Shown: positions 1 to 8,154, counted from the first letter of the stretch. The stretch is DNA of 24,664 nt from Oligoflexales bacterium (GCA_041736175.1 JBGSUI010000022.1:1-24664); one strand, 5' to 3'. Numbers and translations are program-made. Notes: a model not told the origin generated them from the letters alone.

Positions 1-90
1 GTCGGGCTACCCAAAAAGATGGTCGTCTCGAATTGATTTATAAGGGGGGATCATTGCTTAATCATGACAGAATATACAGCAAAAAGTCAA

Positions 91-139
91 TGGGTCAATT
101 TAGCTGAGCGCTGGTGGGTCAATTTAGGTGAGCGCTATA
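91..139. mobile_element. Terminal region of an IS21-family-like element (the rest lies left of this point)
   Basis: Two 22-bp tandem repeats, TGGGTCAATTTAG(C/G)TGAGCGCT, at 91-112 and 115-136, followed by ATA. Reiterated subterminal repeats are typical of IS21 ends, and the IS4 transposase frame is cut at exactly this point. Confidence 0.65.
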
Positions 140-344
140 GGCACGAATTATCTGCACTTATAATTTGCGTGCAAAAAGCCATTAGAGTCAAATCAGGTGG
201 GTAAGCGCGATCCCTAAATTCATCGCCATGACGAACAAAAACATCTGTAATATGTCGGTCAGAAAAGGCCTCTCTAAAAGCAAGGCCTTCGTTTTGTTTC
301 ATGTCAGACAGGACAAGTGCAGTCGATTGAGCAGTGGCAGCCAA
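135..344 (-). pseudogene. IS4-family transposase, N-terminal fragment
   Basis: EGLAFREAFS..HGDEFRDRAYPPDLTLMAFCTQIISADNSC resembles the IS4-family transposase N-terminus (GLPF..FRDRxYxPxxTLWxFLxQVLSxDxSC). The frame stops where the IS21-like end begins. Confidence 0.7.
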
Positions 345-432
345 GGGAAACCTCGCGATAGAAATTTGATGTCGCGATCATCTTTAGATATTTTCTTGTA
401 AAAATCAACAGTTGCTTATCTTAGTGCCATTG
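140..432 (-). mobile_element. Left-end fragment of an IS4-family element
   Basis: The minus strand begins CAATGGCACTAAG at 432, an IS4-like terminal repeat. GAGG plus a TTG start of a transposase N-terminus follow. Confidence 0.65.
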
Positions 433-1998
433 GTCTTGTATATGACCTCTGATTCTCCAACGTTCGACAATGGAAATTGGAAGCCTATAGTGACTGCGTT
501 TAAATACTCCTTTTCAACTCAAGGACCGCATACATTATACGTAAAATATGCTGACGCGAATGGCCTAGAGTCAGCGCCACGTTCTGCGAAAATACTAGTA
601 GATACCTCAGCACCAACCGGCAGCATGAAAATTCAGAACGGTGTAAGATACGTTAATTCAAATAATGTCACGATTGTTTTTGATGCTACAGACCTAACAC
701 AAATCACCCAAATGCTGGTAGCCAATGATAACACCTTCACGGGCGCGACATGGAAGCCATATGCGCCCTCGTTGGCTTGGAACCTTTCGCCCGACGAAGG
801 AGAAAAAACAGTATATGCAAAACTTAAAGATAAATGGGGGTACGAATCCACTGTAATTAATGCCTCAATAATACTAGATACAAGTGACCCATTAGAACCA
901 TCTGTGTCATTGCTTACAGGATCATACTCAGCAAATAAGAAAGTGACTTTAACTCTCTCAGCAAAATCGCCATTGGCTCCGATCACTCAGATGATGGTCA
1001 GTGAAAGTCCGACATTCGCCGGGACGCTAGCTGTGCCTTATGCGACAAGCTCTAGTTTTGATCTTTCAGGTGGAGACGGTGCAAAGACTATATACGCTAA
1101 ATTTATAGACGCGGCTGGGAATTCCTCATCAGTAACCTCCACCGTGGTAACTTTGGACACTACGCCGCCAACAACACCTATACTCACCAACGTTTCGCGC
1201 AGGACAACCAACGCGACGGAGACAATTTCTTTTTCAACTGGCAGTATTGATGCAAATTTCACCACATACCAAGCCAAGGGTGGGCAGTATACCGATTGGA
1301 CCTCTGTAGCCACCCCAATTCCCTTCACCTTAGGAACCGATGATGTGTGGTACCAACTGCAGGTTCGAGGGAAAGACCATGCCGGGATTACAGGAAACTC
1401 AGCAACAGTTGACCTCTATAAAGGAAACAAAACCAAATTATCCACAATGGATTTATCCACGAATCAAACTCTCTCACTCGGTTACAGCCCATACTATCTC
1501 GATGCAAACGTGACGATCAATGGAAGCACCGTAACGATTGAAGCGGGCGTACTAGTTACTGCCAAGCAAGACAACGGATTTGGGGGGGGATTTGCCACGC
1601 TGAGAATAATGAGTGGTCTTCTTTTGATCAACGGAACTTCATCTAATCCTGTAACTATGCGCCGTGATAATACCGCTGTGGCGCTTGGTTGGGGCGGAAT
1701 TTATTTATATTCCGCAGGAGGAAAGCCGAGATTTACTGCAAGTTATTTGGATATTGAAGGTGCTGGAAATATTTCCAATACTTGGGGTTGCATCGGAGTA
1801 GAAGTTCATGCCGTGCCTGCTGGTCAAGCACCCGAAGTGACCCTCTCTGATTCGCGCATCCACGATTGCATTGATACCAACGACCAGAAGAAAGGACTCT
1901 CGATTTATGGACCCACTCTCGAAAACCTGCCAGAATCACTTCTGGGCTTAGGTGACTCTTCTACAGTCTTATCTTGTTTTGAAATTCGACTGGAATGA
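433..1998 (+). pseudogene. Internal fragment of a large surface/secreted protein with Ig-like repeats and a probable beta-helix region
   Basis: Repeats of about 92 aa (DTxxPxxS..VTxxxxA..xMxVxxxxTF..GxKTxYxKxxDxxG) start mid-unit at the IS4 junction. There is no signal peptide. The later part (YSPYYLDANVTI..VTIEAGV..GTSSNPVTM..WGGI) looks beta-helix-like, and the C-terminus after SIYG looks unrelated. Confidence 0.7.
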
Positions 1999-2320
1999 GT
2001 CGAGGTAAAAAGAAAGAATCATCAAACTCTGCTGCCTCCCTCTCCTGAAACTCGATAGGGACTTCTTTGGAAGTTCCTAACTCCCAAGGGGCACAAATCG
2101 GCACCTCTTAAAAAGGCAACCCTATGGGGTAATACCGAACTACCCCCCGAAGTCTCAATCGATTCCAAGGCCATTTCTGACCTTCACTGTGCATCCATGG
2201 GAAAAGGCCGGTCCTCTAAGCTCGCTTCGATCACCAAGGTGGCTCTTCAGAGACTCGAACGCCTTCGTTATCGTCCCCTGGTCCCCGTTCAGAAAGATGC
2301 CTCAGATCTTGGTGACAGCT

Positions 2321-2342
2321 CTTGGCCCGATTTTTGCCTGTC
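2321..2342 (+). promoter_or_regulatory. Candidate sigma54 (-24/-12) promoter of the PilB-like gene
   Basis: CTTGGCCCGATTTTTGCCTGTC fits TGGC..TTGC with GG-N10-GC spacing (GG 2324-25, GC 2336-37). It matches the site at 12248-12269 at 17/22 positions. Confidence 0.65.
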
Positions 2343-2443
2343 ATTAGATGGGTTTTATGGATTGGATTTACCTAAAATTTGGCAAAAACCCTGGTTCTTT
2401 CGTGGATTTGATCAACGAGCTTTGAGTGACAGCTATAGAGGGA

Positions 2444-2484
2444 ATTCCCGGATTTCCGGACATTGATTCCCGAATTTCCGGACA
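2444..2484. promoter_or_regulatory. Pair of 19-bp dyad repeats, candidate activator (UAS) sites
   Basis: ATTCCCGGATTTCCGGACA (2444-2462) and ATTCCCGAATTTCCGGACA (2466-2484), 22-bp period, core dyad CCGGA-TT-TCCGG. Confidence 0.65.
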
Positions 2485-2546
2485 AAGTCCCAGAAACCCA
2501 GGAAGGCTCACCAGAAAGGCCCTCGAATTAAGTTGGGGTAGAAAGG

Positions 2547-3677
2547 ATGGCGATGAAACATTTTGAACTTTCGAGGTCCCTAGGACCCGACGAGCTCATG
2601 CGTAAGAACGACGTTTTTTCGAGTATCTGGCGTGATATTTTTACTCGCGCCCATACCGAAAAGACCTCTGACATCCACATCGAGACCTTCTCAAACATGA
2701 TTCGAGTCCGATTTCGAAAAAATGGCGAGCTATTGATTATCAAGGAGTTTACCGAGGCCGAGCTCCTCGATCAGTTGATGATCCGGCTCAAGGAAATCTC
2801 TGGGCTTGATATCTCAACTCGTGATGAAACCCAAGATTGCGCCTTCGAACTCAGCTCTTTTGGAAGCCGGTATCGTGCTGCCCTGTGCCCTGCGGTTTAT
2901 GGCGAAACCGTCGTCCTGCGAGTTATCCAGGAGAGTCAGCTTCCAAAATTGGCAGACTGTAGGTTATCACCCCAGGCTGAAAAAGACCTGCGACACGCTC
3001 TCAATCAGGAAAAAGGCTTTATCTGTATCACGGGCCCTACGGGATCAGGCAAATCAACCACCCTGCAGGCCTGTCTTATGGAGACGGACCGCCTTTCCAA
3101 AAAAGTAATCACCCTGGAAGATCCGGTTGAGCGCAAAATTCCTGATGTGGTTCAGCAACAGATCAGCTCTAAATTAACCTGGGCCAAGGGGATCAAAATC
3201 GCGATGCGACAAGACCCGGATATTATACTGGTCGGTGAAATCCGCGATCCAGAATCTGCCGCCCTTGCCCTTCAGGCGGCGCAAACAGGACATTTGGTCC
3301 TATCGACTCTGCATACCAATGATGTACCAGGTATCGTCGATCGGCTCATCGGGCTCGGGGTAGACCGACAGGTTCTTGCCGAAAATCTTCTCTTTATTTC
3401 AGCGCAGCGCCTCATCCCCACTTTATGTCCGAGTTGCAAGGTGAATACCGGAACAAATCACTACAGCCGAGGGGCCGGTTGCGATCAATGCAACGGTCAA
3501 GGCTTGCATGGACGCACTGCTATCTTAGAATATGCCCTAACCCCTTCCGTTGACCGAATTTTGGGCTTTTCTCGCGCGGAATTCATTAAGTCGGAGTTGA
3601 GGCAAACCCTCAAAGGTGAAGTTGCAAAGCTCATAGAGAAGGGTGAGGTAGACTGTTGCTATTGGAATCAATACTGA
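2547..3677 (+). CDS. GspE/PilB-family secretion/pilus assembly ATPase, short form lacking the N1 domain
   Basis: SDIHIE, Walker A GPTGSGKST, Asp box TLEDPVE, RQDPDIILVGEIRD, His box TGHLVLSTLHTND, AQRL, tetracysteine CPSC..CDQC. ATG 2553 is an alternative start. Confidence 0.93.
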   Translation: MAMKHFELSRSLGPDELMRKNDVFSSIWRDIFTRAHTEKTSDIHIETFSNMIRVRFRKNGELLIIKEFTEAELLDQLMIRLKEISGLDISTRDETQDCAFELSSFGSRYRAALCPAVYGETVVLRVIQESQLPKLADCRLSPQAEKDLRHALNQEKGFICITGPTGSGKSTTLQACLMETDRLSKKVITLEDPVERKIPDVVQQQISSKLTWAKGIKIAMRQDPDIILVGEIRDPESAALALQAAQTGHLVLSTLHTNDVPGIVDRLIGLGVDRQVLAENLLFISAQRLIPTLCPSCKVNTGTNHYSRGAGCDQCNGQGLHGRTAILEYALTPSVDRILGFSRAEFIKSELRQTLKGEVAKLIEKGEVDCCYWNQY

Positions 3678-3715
3678 ATTTGAATCATGCGGTGATTTAT
3701 TTGTCAATAAAAATT

Positions 3716-3847
3716 AACTCAGACTTAACTTCAGATTTTATTCGTCAAAAACTTGACAACACCCAGGACGATTCCTAACAATAAGACAAGTCACAGGACC
3801 ACAAATGCCACATTTCGCGATTTGGCTCAGATTTCAACTCAGACTTA
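3716..3847 (+). promoter_or_regulatory. par promoter region: TTGACA -35 flanked by two pairs of 12-bp-period repeats
   Basis: TTGACA at 3753-3758. AACTCAGACTTA occurs exactly at 3716-3727 and 3836-3847. TCAGAYTT cores start at 3719, 3731, 3827 and 3839. Confidence 0.5.
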
Positions 3848-3858
3848 TGGAGAGTAAA

Positions 3859-4737
3859 ATGAAAGCCAGTAGAACAAACATACTTGCGATATCGAATCAA
3901 AAGGGGGGCGTGGGTAAAACCACGACGGTTATTTCCCTTGCCGCTGCCTTTGCAAAGCTTGGGCAAAAGGTTTTGATCGTTGACTTTGACTTTCAAGGCA
4001 ACGCTTCTGACTGGCTCGGTGTGCAAGAGAAAGCCATTGAAGAAAAACGAACTGTCACCTATGCCATCCAAAAAAACTTAACCATTGGCGACGTGAGAAT
4101 ATCAACCCCCAACCCAAACATCGATGTGATTGCTTCGGATATTTCCCTCAACTGGGAAACCCGGAAACTGAATGGCACTTCGCGACAGTTTCAGATTCTG
4201 AAAAGGATTTTAGATTGTCCTGAAGCGAATGATTACGGCTTAATCCTCGTCGACACCCACCCGTCTATCGATCCCCTCTTCGAAAGCGTGATGAGTTTTG
4301 CGCACTACTATATCGTACCCGTTTTTGCTGAAAAACATCCCTATTCAGGTCTCGAATTCCTAACTAAATCGATTGAGCAAATCAAAGAAGACGTCAATCC
4401 CATGCTACATTTCCTTGGTATTTTGGTTACCAAAATGGGCAAGGACAATGCGACCCATCGTCGTTTTGAGGCGAAGATGCGCGAACTCGAAGAATCTACC
4501 AAGATTCCTGTGCTCAAAACCGTCATTCCCAGTTCCGAAGCCATCCCTGGTGCTTCTGCTGCGCAGCAATCGATACTAGAATACAACCCTCAGTTACCTG
4601 TTTCAGCAGCCTATATGGAGCTTGCCAAAGAACTCATACCACTCCTCAAAGGCAAAAGAACGGGACGACCCCAAAAATCACCTAAGGTGGACCGCGTGAC
4701 TCCCTATAAGGAGTTTTTTAAAGAGACCTCTTTCTAG
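3859..4737 (+). CDS. parA: ParA/Soj-family partition ATPase
   Basis: Deviant Walker A NQKGGVGKTT, VLIVDFDFQGNAS, LILVDTHPS. GGAG lies 6 nt before ATG 3859. Confidence 0.95.
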   Translation: MKASRTNILAISNQKGGVGKTTTVISLAAAFAKLGQKVLIVDFDFQGNASDWLGVQEKAIEEKRTVTYAIQKNLTIGDVRISTPNPNIDVIASDISLNWETRKLNGTSRQFQILKRILDCPEANDYGLILVDTHPSIDPLFESVMSFAHYYIVPVFAEKHPYSGLEFLTKSIEQIKEDVNPMLHFLGILVTKMGKDNATHRRFEAKMRELEESTKIPVLKTVIPSSEAIPGASAAQQSILEYNPQLPVSAAYMELAKELIPLLKGKRTGRPQKSPKVDRVTPYKEFFKETSF

Positions 4738-4774
4738 CCTAAAAATCTTCTGAAACTCGAGAAGGAGCAACGCT

Positions 4775-5737
4775 ATGAGCAAGGACAAAAACACAAAACC
4801 TACACCGATTCGCTCCCGTGTCAATGTTGCGGATAGTATTGACGCTACGGCGAAGCGCATCGCCGCAAGCCTAGGGAAGCATCAAGAGTCTGATGACTGG
4901 GACCAAGAACGAATTGAAAACCTAAAGGGCTGCGATGGCAAGGTCGGTGAGATCCCAATCAGCATGATTCGCACCAATCAGAACATTAGAAAGACCATCG
5001 ACGAATCTGACTCTGCATTTAAAGAGTTAGTCGAGTCGATCCATGCCCATGGAATTTTACAACCACCCATTGTTACCGTTGTCAGCAGTGACAATGGTCT
5101 TTCGTCAATCCTATTGGTTGGCGGAGAACGCCGCCTTAGAGCTGCTCTCGCTGCGGGTTACACCTCCATTAATTGTCTGGTGCGGATCTTTAATAGTCCA
5201 ACCACCCGCCTCACGGCCTCCATGGCAGAAAACATGAATCGCCTGGACCTTGATTGCTTGGATATCGCGCACTGCTTTTTATCCTTAAGCGATCAGGGCT
5301 ACAAATATGCTGAGATTGAGAAGTTATTCAGCCGTGATGAGAAGACGATCGGTAGATACATAAAAATGGCTCGTTGGCCGCAAGCTACTCAAGAGCTTAT
5401 TCGGCAAAATACCGACAAATTAAACGCTCGATTCCTTCTCTCGCTAGCATCAAGAAAGCTAAGCGATGCGAATGTAGCCGCAGAAATCGAGCGAAAAATC
5501 TCAGGTACCTCCAATTCCGATTCTTCAAACGTTGCTAGCCGCAAAGCAGCCTTCATCGCTAAGTTCACAAGCTACTGCGAAAATAAAAACCTTGATAAGC
5601 GTGACCAAGACATCATTTTTCGTGCCTTTGTTGAGCTTGGGTTTATCAGTGCTGAGGGTGAGGCAACGGGCAACCCCAGTAAGCGAGGTACCCCAGCAAG
5701 GATCAGCCAGCCCATTGAGAGTGCCCCACAGCATTGA
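4775..5737 (+). CDS. parB: ParB/Spo0J-family partition protein
   Basis: LVESIHAHGILQPPIV, GGERRLRA, ENMNRLDL, HTH-like YAEIEKLFSRDEKTIGRYI. It follows parA and has an AAGGAG RBS. Confidence 0.93.
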   Translation: MSKDKNTKPTPIRSRVNVADSIDATAKRIAASLGKHQESDDWDQERIENLKGCDGKVGEIPISMIRTNQNIRKTIDESDSAFKELVESIHAHGILQPPIVTVVSSDNGLSSILLVGGERRLRAALAAGYTSINCLVRIFNSPTTRLTASMAENMNRLDLDCLDIAHCFLSLSDQGYKYAEIEKLFSRDEKTIGRYIKMARWPQATQELIRQNTDKLNARFLLSLASRKLSDANVAAEIERKISGTSNSDSSNVASRKAAFIAKFTSYCENKNLDKRDQDIIFRAFVELGFISAEGEATGNPSKRGTPARISQPIESAPQH

Positions 5738-5740
5738 AAA

Positions 5741-5937
5741 AAAGGTGACGCTGCATCACCTTTGGGTTGGCATGATACCGTAGAGCTTTTGAAAAGGTGA
5801 CGCTGCATCACCTTTGCCGGAGGATAGAAGAAAGAGAGGCTACCGTTAAAAGGTGACGCTGCGTCACCTGAACCCCAAGATACCTACTCAGGACCCTAGA
5901 CCGTTAATAGAAGAAAAGGTGACGCTGCATCACCTTT
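5741..5937. repeat. Four 23-bp palindromes, probable parS centromere
   Basis: AAAGGTGACGCTGCATCACCTTT at 5741-5763, 5793-5815 and 5915-5937, and a variant AAAGGTGACGCTGCGTCACCTGA at 5849-5871. Gaps are 29, 33 and 43 bp. The array lies directly after parB. Confidence 0.8.
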
Positions 5938-5956
5938 AGGAGTGGAGTGGCTGGTT

Positions 5957-7618
5957 GTGGAAAATCTAAATACACCGATACAAAGTCTTGATGCTGAGAT
6001 AAAGCCATCTACCCATGAAGAACCAACAGCGAAGGGCGCTCTCTGTCCTAGTTGTCATGGAGATGGCATAGTCCTTTCAACAGAAGACAGGCATGTATCC
6101 GCAACCTTTTGTCCGTCGTGCACGTTCGAATGGAATGCTAGGCAGGAGCGAGAACGTGCCGCTGAGATCATTAATACTGCTCAGATTCCAAGCGGATTTA
6201 TAGCCGCAAAAGCAACAAAAGATCTACCCCCTTTCGCTCAGGAATGGTATTCGAAACTAACCAATGCAACCAAGAAATCCGAACAGTCCCTATTCCTCTG
6301 TGGGCCCTCTGGATCGGGTAAAACCTTTTCCGCAATAGCCTTGCTATTTCGATTCGCCATGAAGGGGATGTATGTTCGTTACATAGATTGCACTGAGCAC
6401 CTTATGGACCGACGAGCAAGTTTCAGCGCAAAGAACATCGGTCATCTAGGAGATAATTTCACCAAAAAAACAGAAGAAGATCGTTGGTCAATGGGTCGCT
6501 GCGAAGTCATTGTCCTTGACAACATCGGAGTCGGCACGACCAATGATTGGACCAAAGAACAATATGACCATCTCATCGATGCACGGCAGACCTCGGGCAA
6601 ACCGACAATCTATATTTCCAACTATTCAGATGATCGACAATTTACTATAGAGGGAAAGACGCTCAGTAGCCTTATCGGTCAAAGGGCTGCTAATCGAATC
6701 AATCAGTCTTCCATACTGTACTTAAATGATCGGGCCAATATTCAGACTATGCCACCAGAAGAAATATTTGAACCCGTGAGGCCACCTCGCACACTTGCTC
6801 CGAACGAAACCACCTTCCTGCATATTTGGGCTAGGGAAGGTTTGTTCAGCATGGTTTCGAAAAGAGAACGGTCATCTCTCACGGCAAAGTCTAAGGTCAA
6901 TCCAAATGAGGTCCTTGAACTCCCATACCCCCAGCCTCGTGAGTATATCAGTTGGTCGGGATATCATGTCATCTTGCAAGGACCAGTCGTTGACTACGAT
7001 GATGCCAATGTCCTGGCTGCGCTGATGAAGATTTATCACAACACTGGCCATGCAGGGACCTTGATTACGAATCTTGCCAATATACTAAGAGAGCTCGGAC
7101 TTAACTCCGAATCCGGTGCAAATCTAAGACAAATAAAACGTTCTCTCATTCGACTTGCCGAATCTCGAATCACCATGCGAACAGTACCCACCGATCCCAA
7201 AGTTAAATCAGACGAAAAGATGTGGATTGGCGGTTTCATCGACAGCGTCATCTATGAGGGTGGTTCCAGAAGCAGAAAAGTGATCATAAAATTCAACGAT
7301 GCCATGGCTCCCTTCTATCAAAAGAAGTCCCTCGTATTGCTACCACTTGATACATTGACGAGCCTCTCTCCCTATGCCCAAGGAATTTATCGATTTCTTC
7401 TCGGTCATCGTGACAATTATAAATTCATCAGCTTGAAGCGCTGGCGGGAGATCCTAGCTATAAATCCCAATGTGCAAGACAAGAACTTCAAAGATTGCAT
7501 GAGAATCGCCATCAAAGAACTCATCTCCCGTAACCTACTAACAGATCAGTCCAATATCGATAGAAGTGGCATTTTCCACTCCTATATCATCCGCGCGGCA
7601 GCTGAACTAGTTCACTAA
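5957..7618 (+). CDS. Replication protein: N-terminal Zn-finger and DnaC/IstB-like AAA+ ATPase fused to a C-terminal TrfA-like initiator
   Basis: N half: CPSC..CPSC, GPSGSGKT, VIVLDNIG, LIDAR, KPTIYISN, IGQRAANRI. C half: WAREGLF, GPVVDYDDANV, ILRELGL..IKRSLIRL, LSPYAQGIYRFLLGHRD, AIKELISRNLL, which parallel TrfA-family blocks. The gene is adjacent to iterons. The ORF opens at GTG 5942, but GTG 5957 has the better-spaced GGAG. Confidence 0.82.
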   Translation: MENLNTPIQSLDAEIKPSTHEEPTAKGALCPSCHGDGIVLSTEDRHVSATFCPSCTFEWNARQERERAAEIINTAQIPSGFIAAKATKDLPPFAQEWYSKLTNATKKSEQSLFLCGPSGSGKTFSAIALLFRFAMKGMYVRYIDCTEHLMDRRASFSAKNIGHLGDNFTKKTEEDRWSMGRCEVIVLDNIGVGTTNDWTKEQYDHLIDARQTSGKPTIYISNYSDDRQFTIEGKTLSSLIGQRAANRINQSSILYLNDRANIQTMPPEEIFEPVRPPRTLAPNETTFLHIWAREGLFSMVSKRERSSLTAKSKVNPNEVLELPYPQPREYISWSGYHVILQGPVVDYDDANVLAALMKIYHNTGHAGTLITNLANILRELGLNSESGANLRQIKRSLIRLAESRITMRTVPTDPKVKSDEKMWIGGFIDSVIYEGGSRSRKVIIKFNDAMAPFYQKKSLVLLPLDTLTSLSPYAQGIYRFLLGHRDNYKFISLKRWREILAINPNVQDKNFKDCMRIAIKELISRNLLTDQSNIDRSGIFHSYIIRAAAELVH

Positions 7619-7646
7619 CCTACCATAACTAACATACCTACACTCT

Positions 7647-7665
7647 TTCCGTCGTTTCACCCGCT
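7647..7665 (+). repeat. Isolated iteron copy
   Basis: TTCCGTCGTTTCACCCGCT, identical to the array core, starting 29 nt after the rep stop. Confidence 0.9.
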
Positions 7666-7810
7666 TTAGCCTCAAAGCCACCGAAGCTAAAATCATTTTT
7701 TTGAAAATTGAACTCACCGATCACCCATCGTGGGGCAAAAAACCGTACGCCCAAAAATGTTCCGCTTGCAAACGACAATTTGCTCATTTTTATCAAACCG
7801 CAGCATTTGA

Positions 7811-8000
7811 TTCCGTCGTTTCACCCGCTCATACCGTCGTTTCACCCGCTCGTTCCGTCGTTTCACCCGCTCGTTCCGTCGTTTCACCCGCTCGTTCCGT
7901 CGTTTCACCCGCTCGTTCCGTCGTTTCACCCGCTCCATTCCGTCGTTTCACCCGCTCCATTCCGTCGTTTCACCCGCTCCATTCCGTCGTTTCACCCGCT
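7811..8000 (+). repeat. Iteron array of oriV (9 copies)
   Basis: The 19-bp core TTCCGTCGTTTCACCCGCT starts at 7811, 7832 (one substitution), 7853, 7874, 7895, 7916, 7938, 7960 and 7982. Periods are 21 bp x5 then 22 bp x3. Confidence 0.92.
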
Positions 8001-8023
8001 TTGCTGACCACCAAAAAAAACAG

Positions 8024-8032
8024 TTATCCACA
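8024..8032 (+). promoter_or_regulatory. DnaA box
   Basis: Perfect consensus TTATCCACA, 23 bp after the last iteron. Confidence 0.85.
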
Positions 8033-8112
8033 GCCTTTGGCCCAATAACAGACCGTTTTATAAGTACGATATCGCCATGCCTATTTTTTAGGCATCACGG
8101 TAAAACCGGGGC

Positions 8113-8154
8113 TAGAGAGGTTATTAGAGAGGTTAAAAGAGAGATTAAAAGAGA
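8113..8154 (+). repeat. Tandem 12-mers, candidate DNA unwinding element of oriV
   Basis: TAGAGAGGTTAT TAGAGAGGTTAA AAGAGAGATTAA AAGAGA, purine-skewed and downstream of the iterons and DnaA box. Confidence 0.6.

Noticed and set aside
2088..2130. Possible second oriT (GGGGCACAA and ACCCTATG shared with the oriT region)
   Set aside because: The matches are short, in inconsistent orientation, and lack the inverted repeat plus nick sequence.
2197..2466. 89-aa ORF upstream of the PilB-like gene
   Set aside because: It has no RBS or recognisable motif, and it overlaps the candidate promoter and first dyad.
5741..5937. CRISPR mini-array reading of the four palindromes
   Set aside because: There are no cas genes. 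The gaps are uneven (29/33/43 bp) and share sub-motifs (ACCGTTA, ATAGAAGA). The repeat is a full dyad with a 1-nt centre, and its position right after parB fits parS better.
5957..6750. Calling the ATPase half an IS21 IstB helper
   Set aside because: No IstA is adjacent, it has an N-terminal Zn-finger like replication loaders, and it is fused to an initiator next to iterons.
7701..8048. Repetitive ORFs 7701-8048, 7708-8007 and 7714-7938
   Set aside because: They are translations of the 21/22-bp iteron array.
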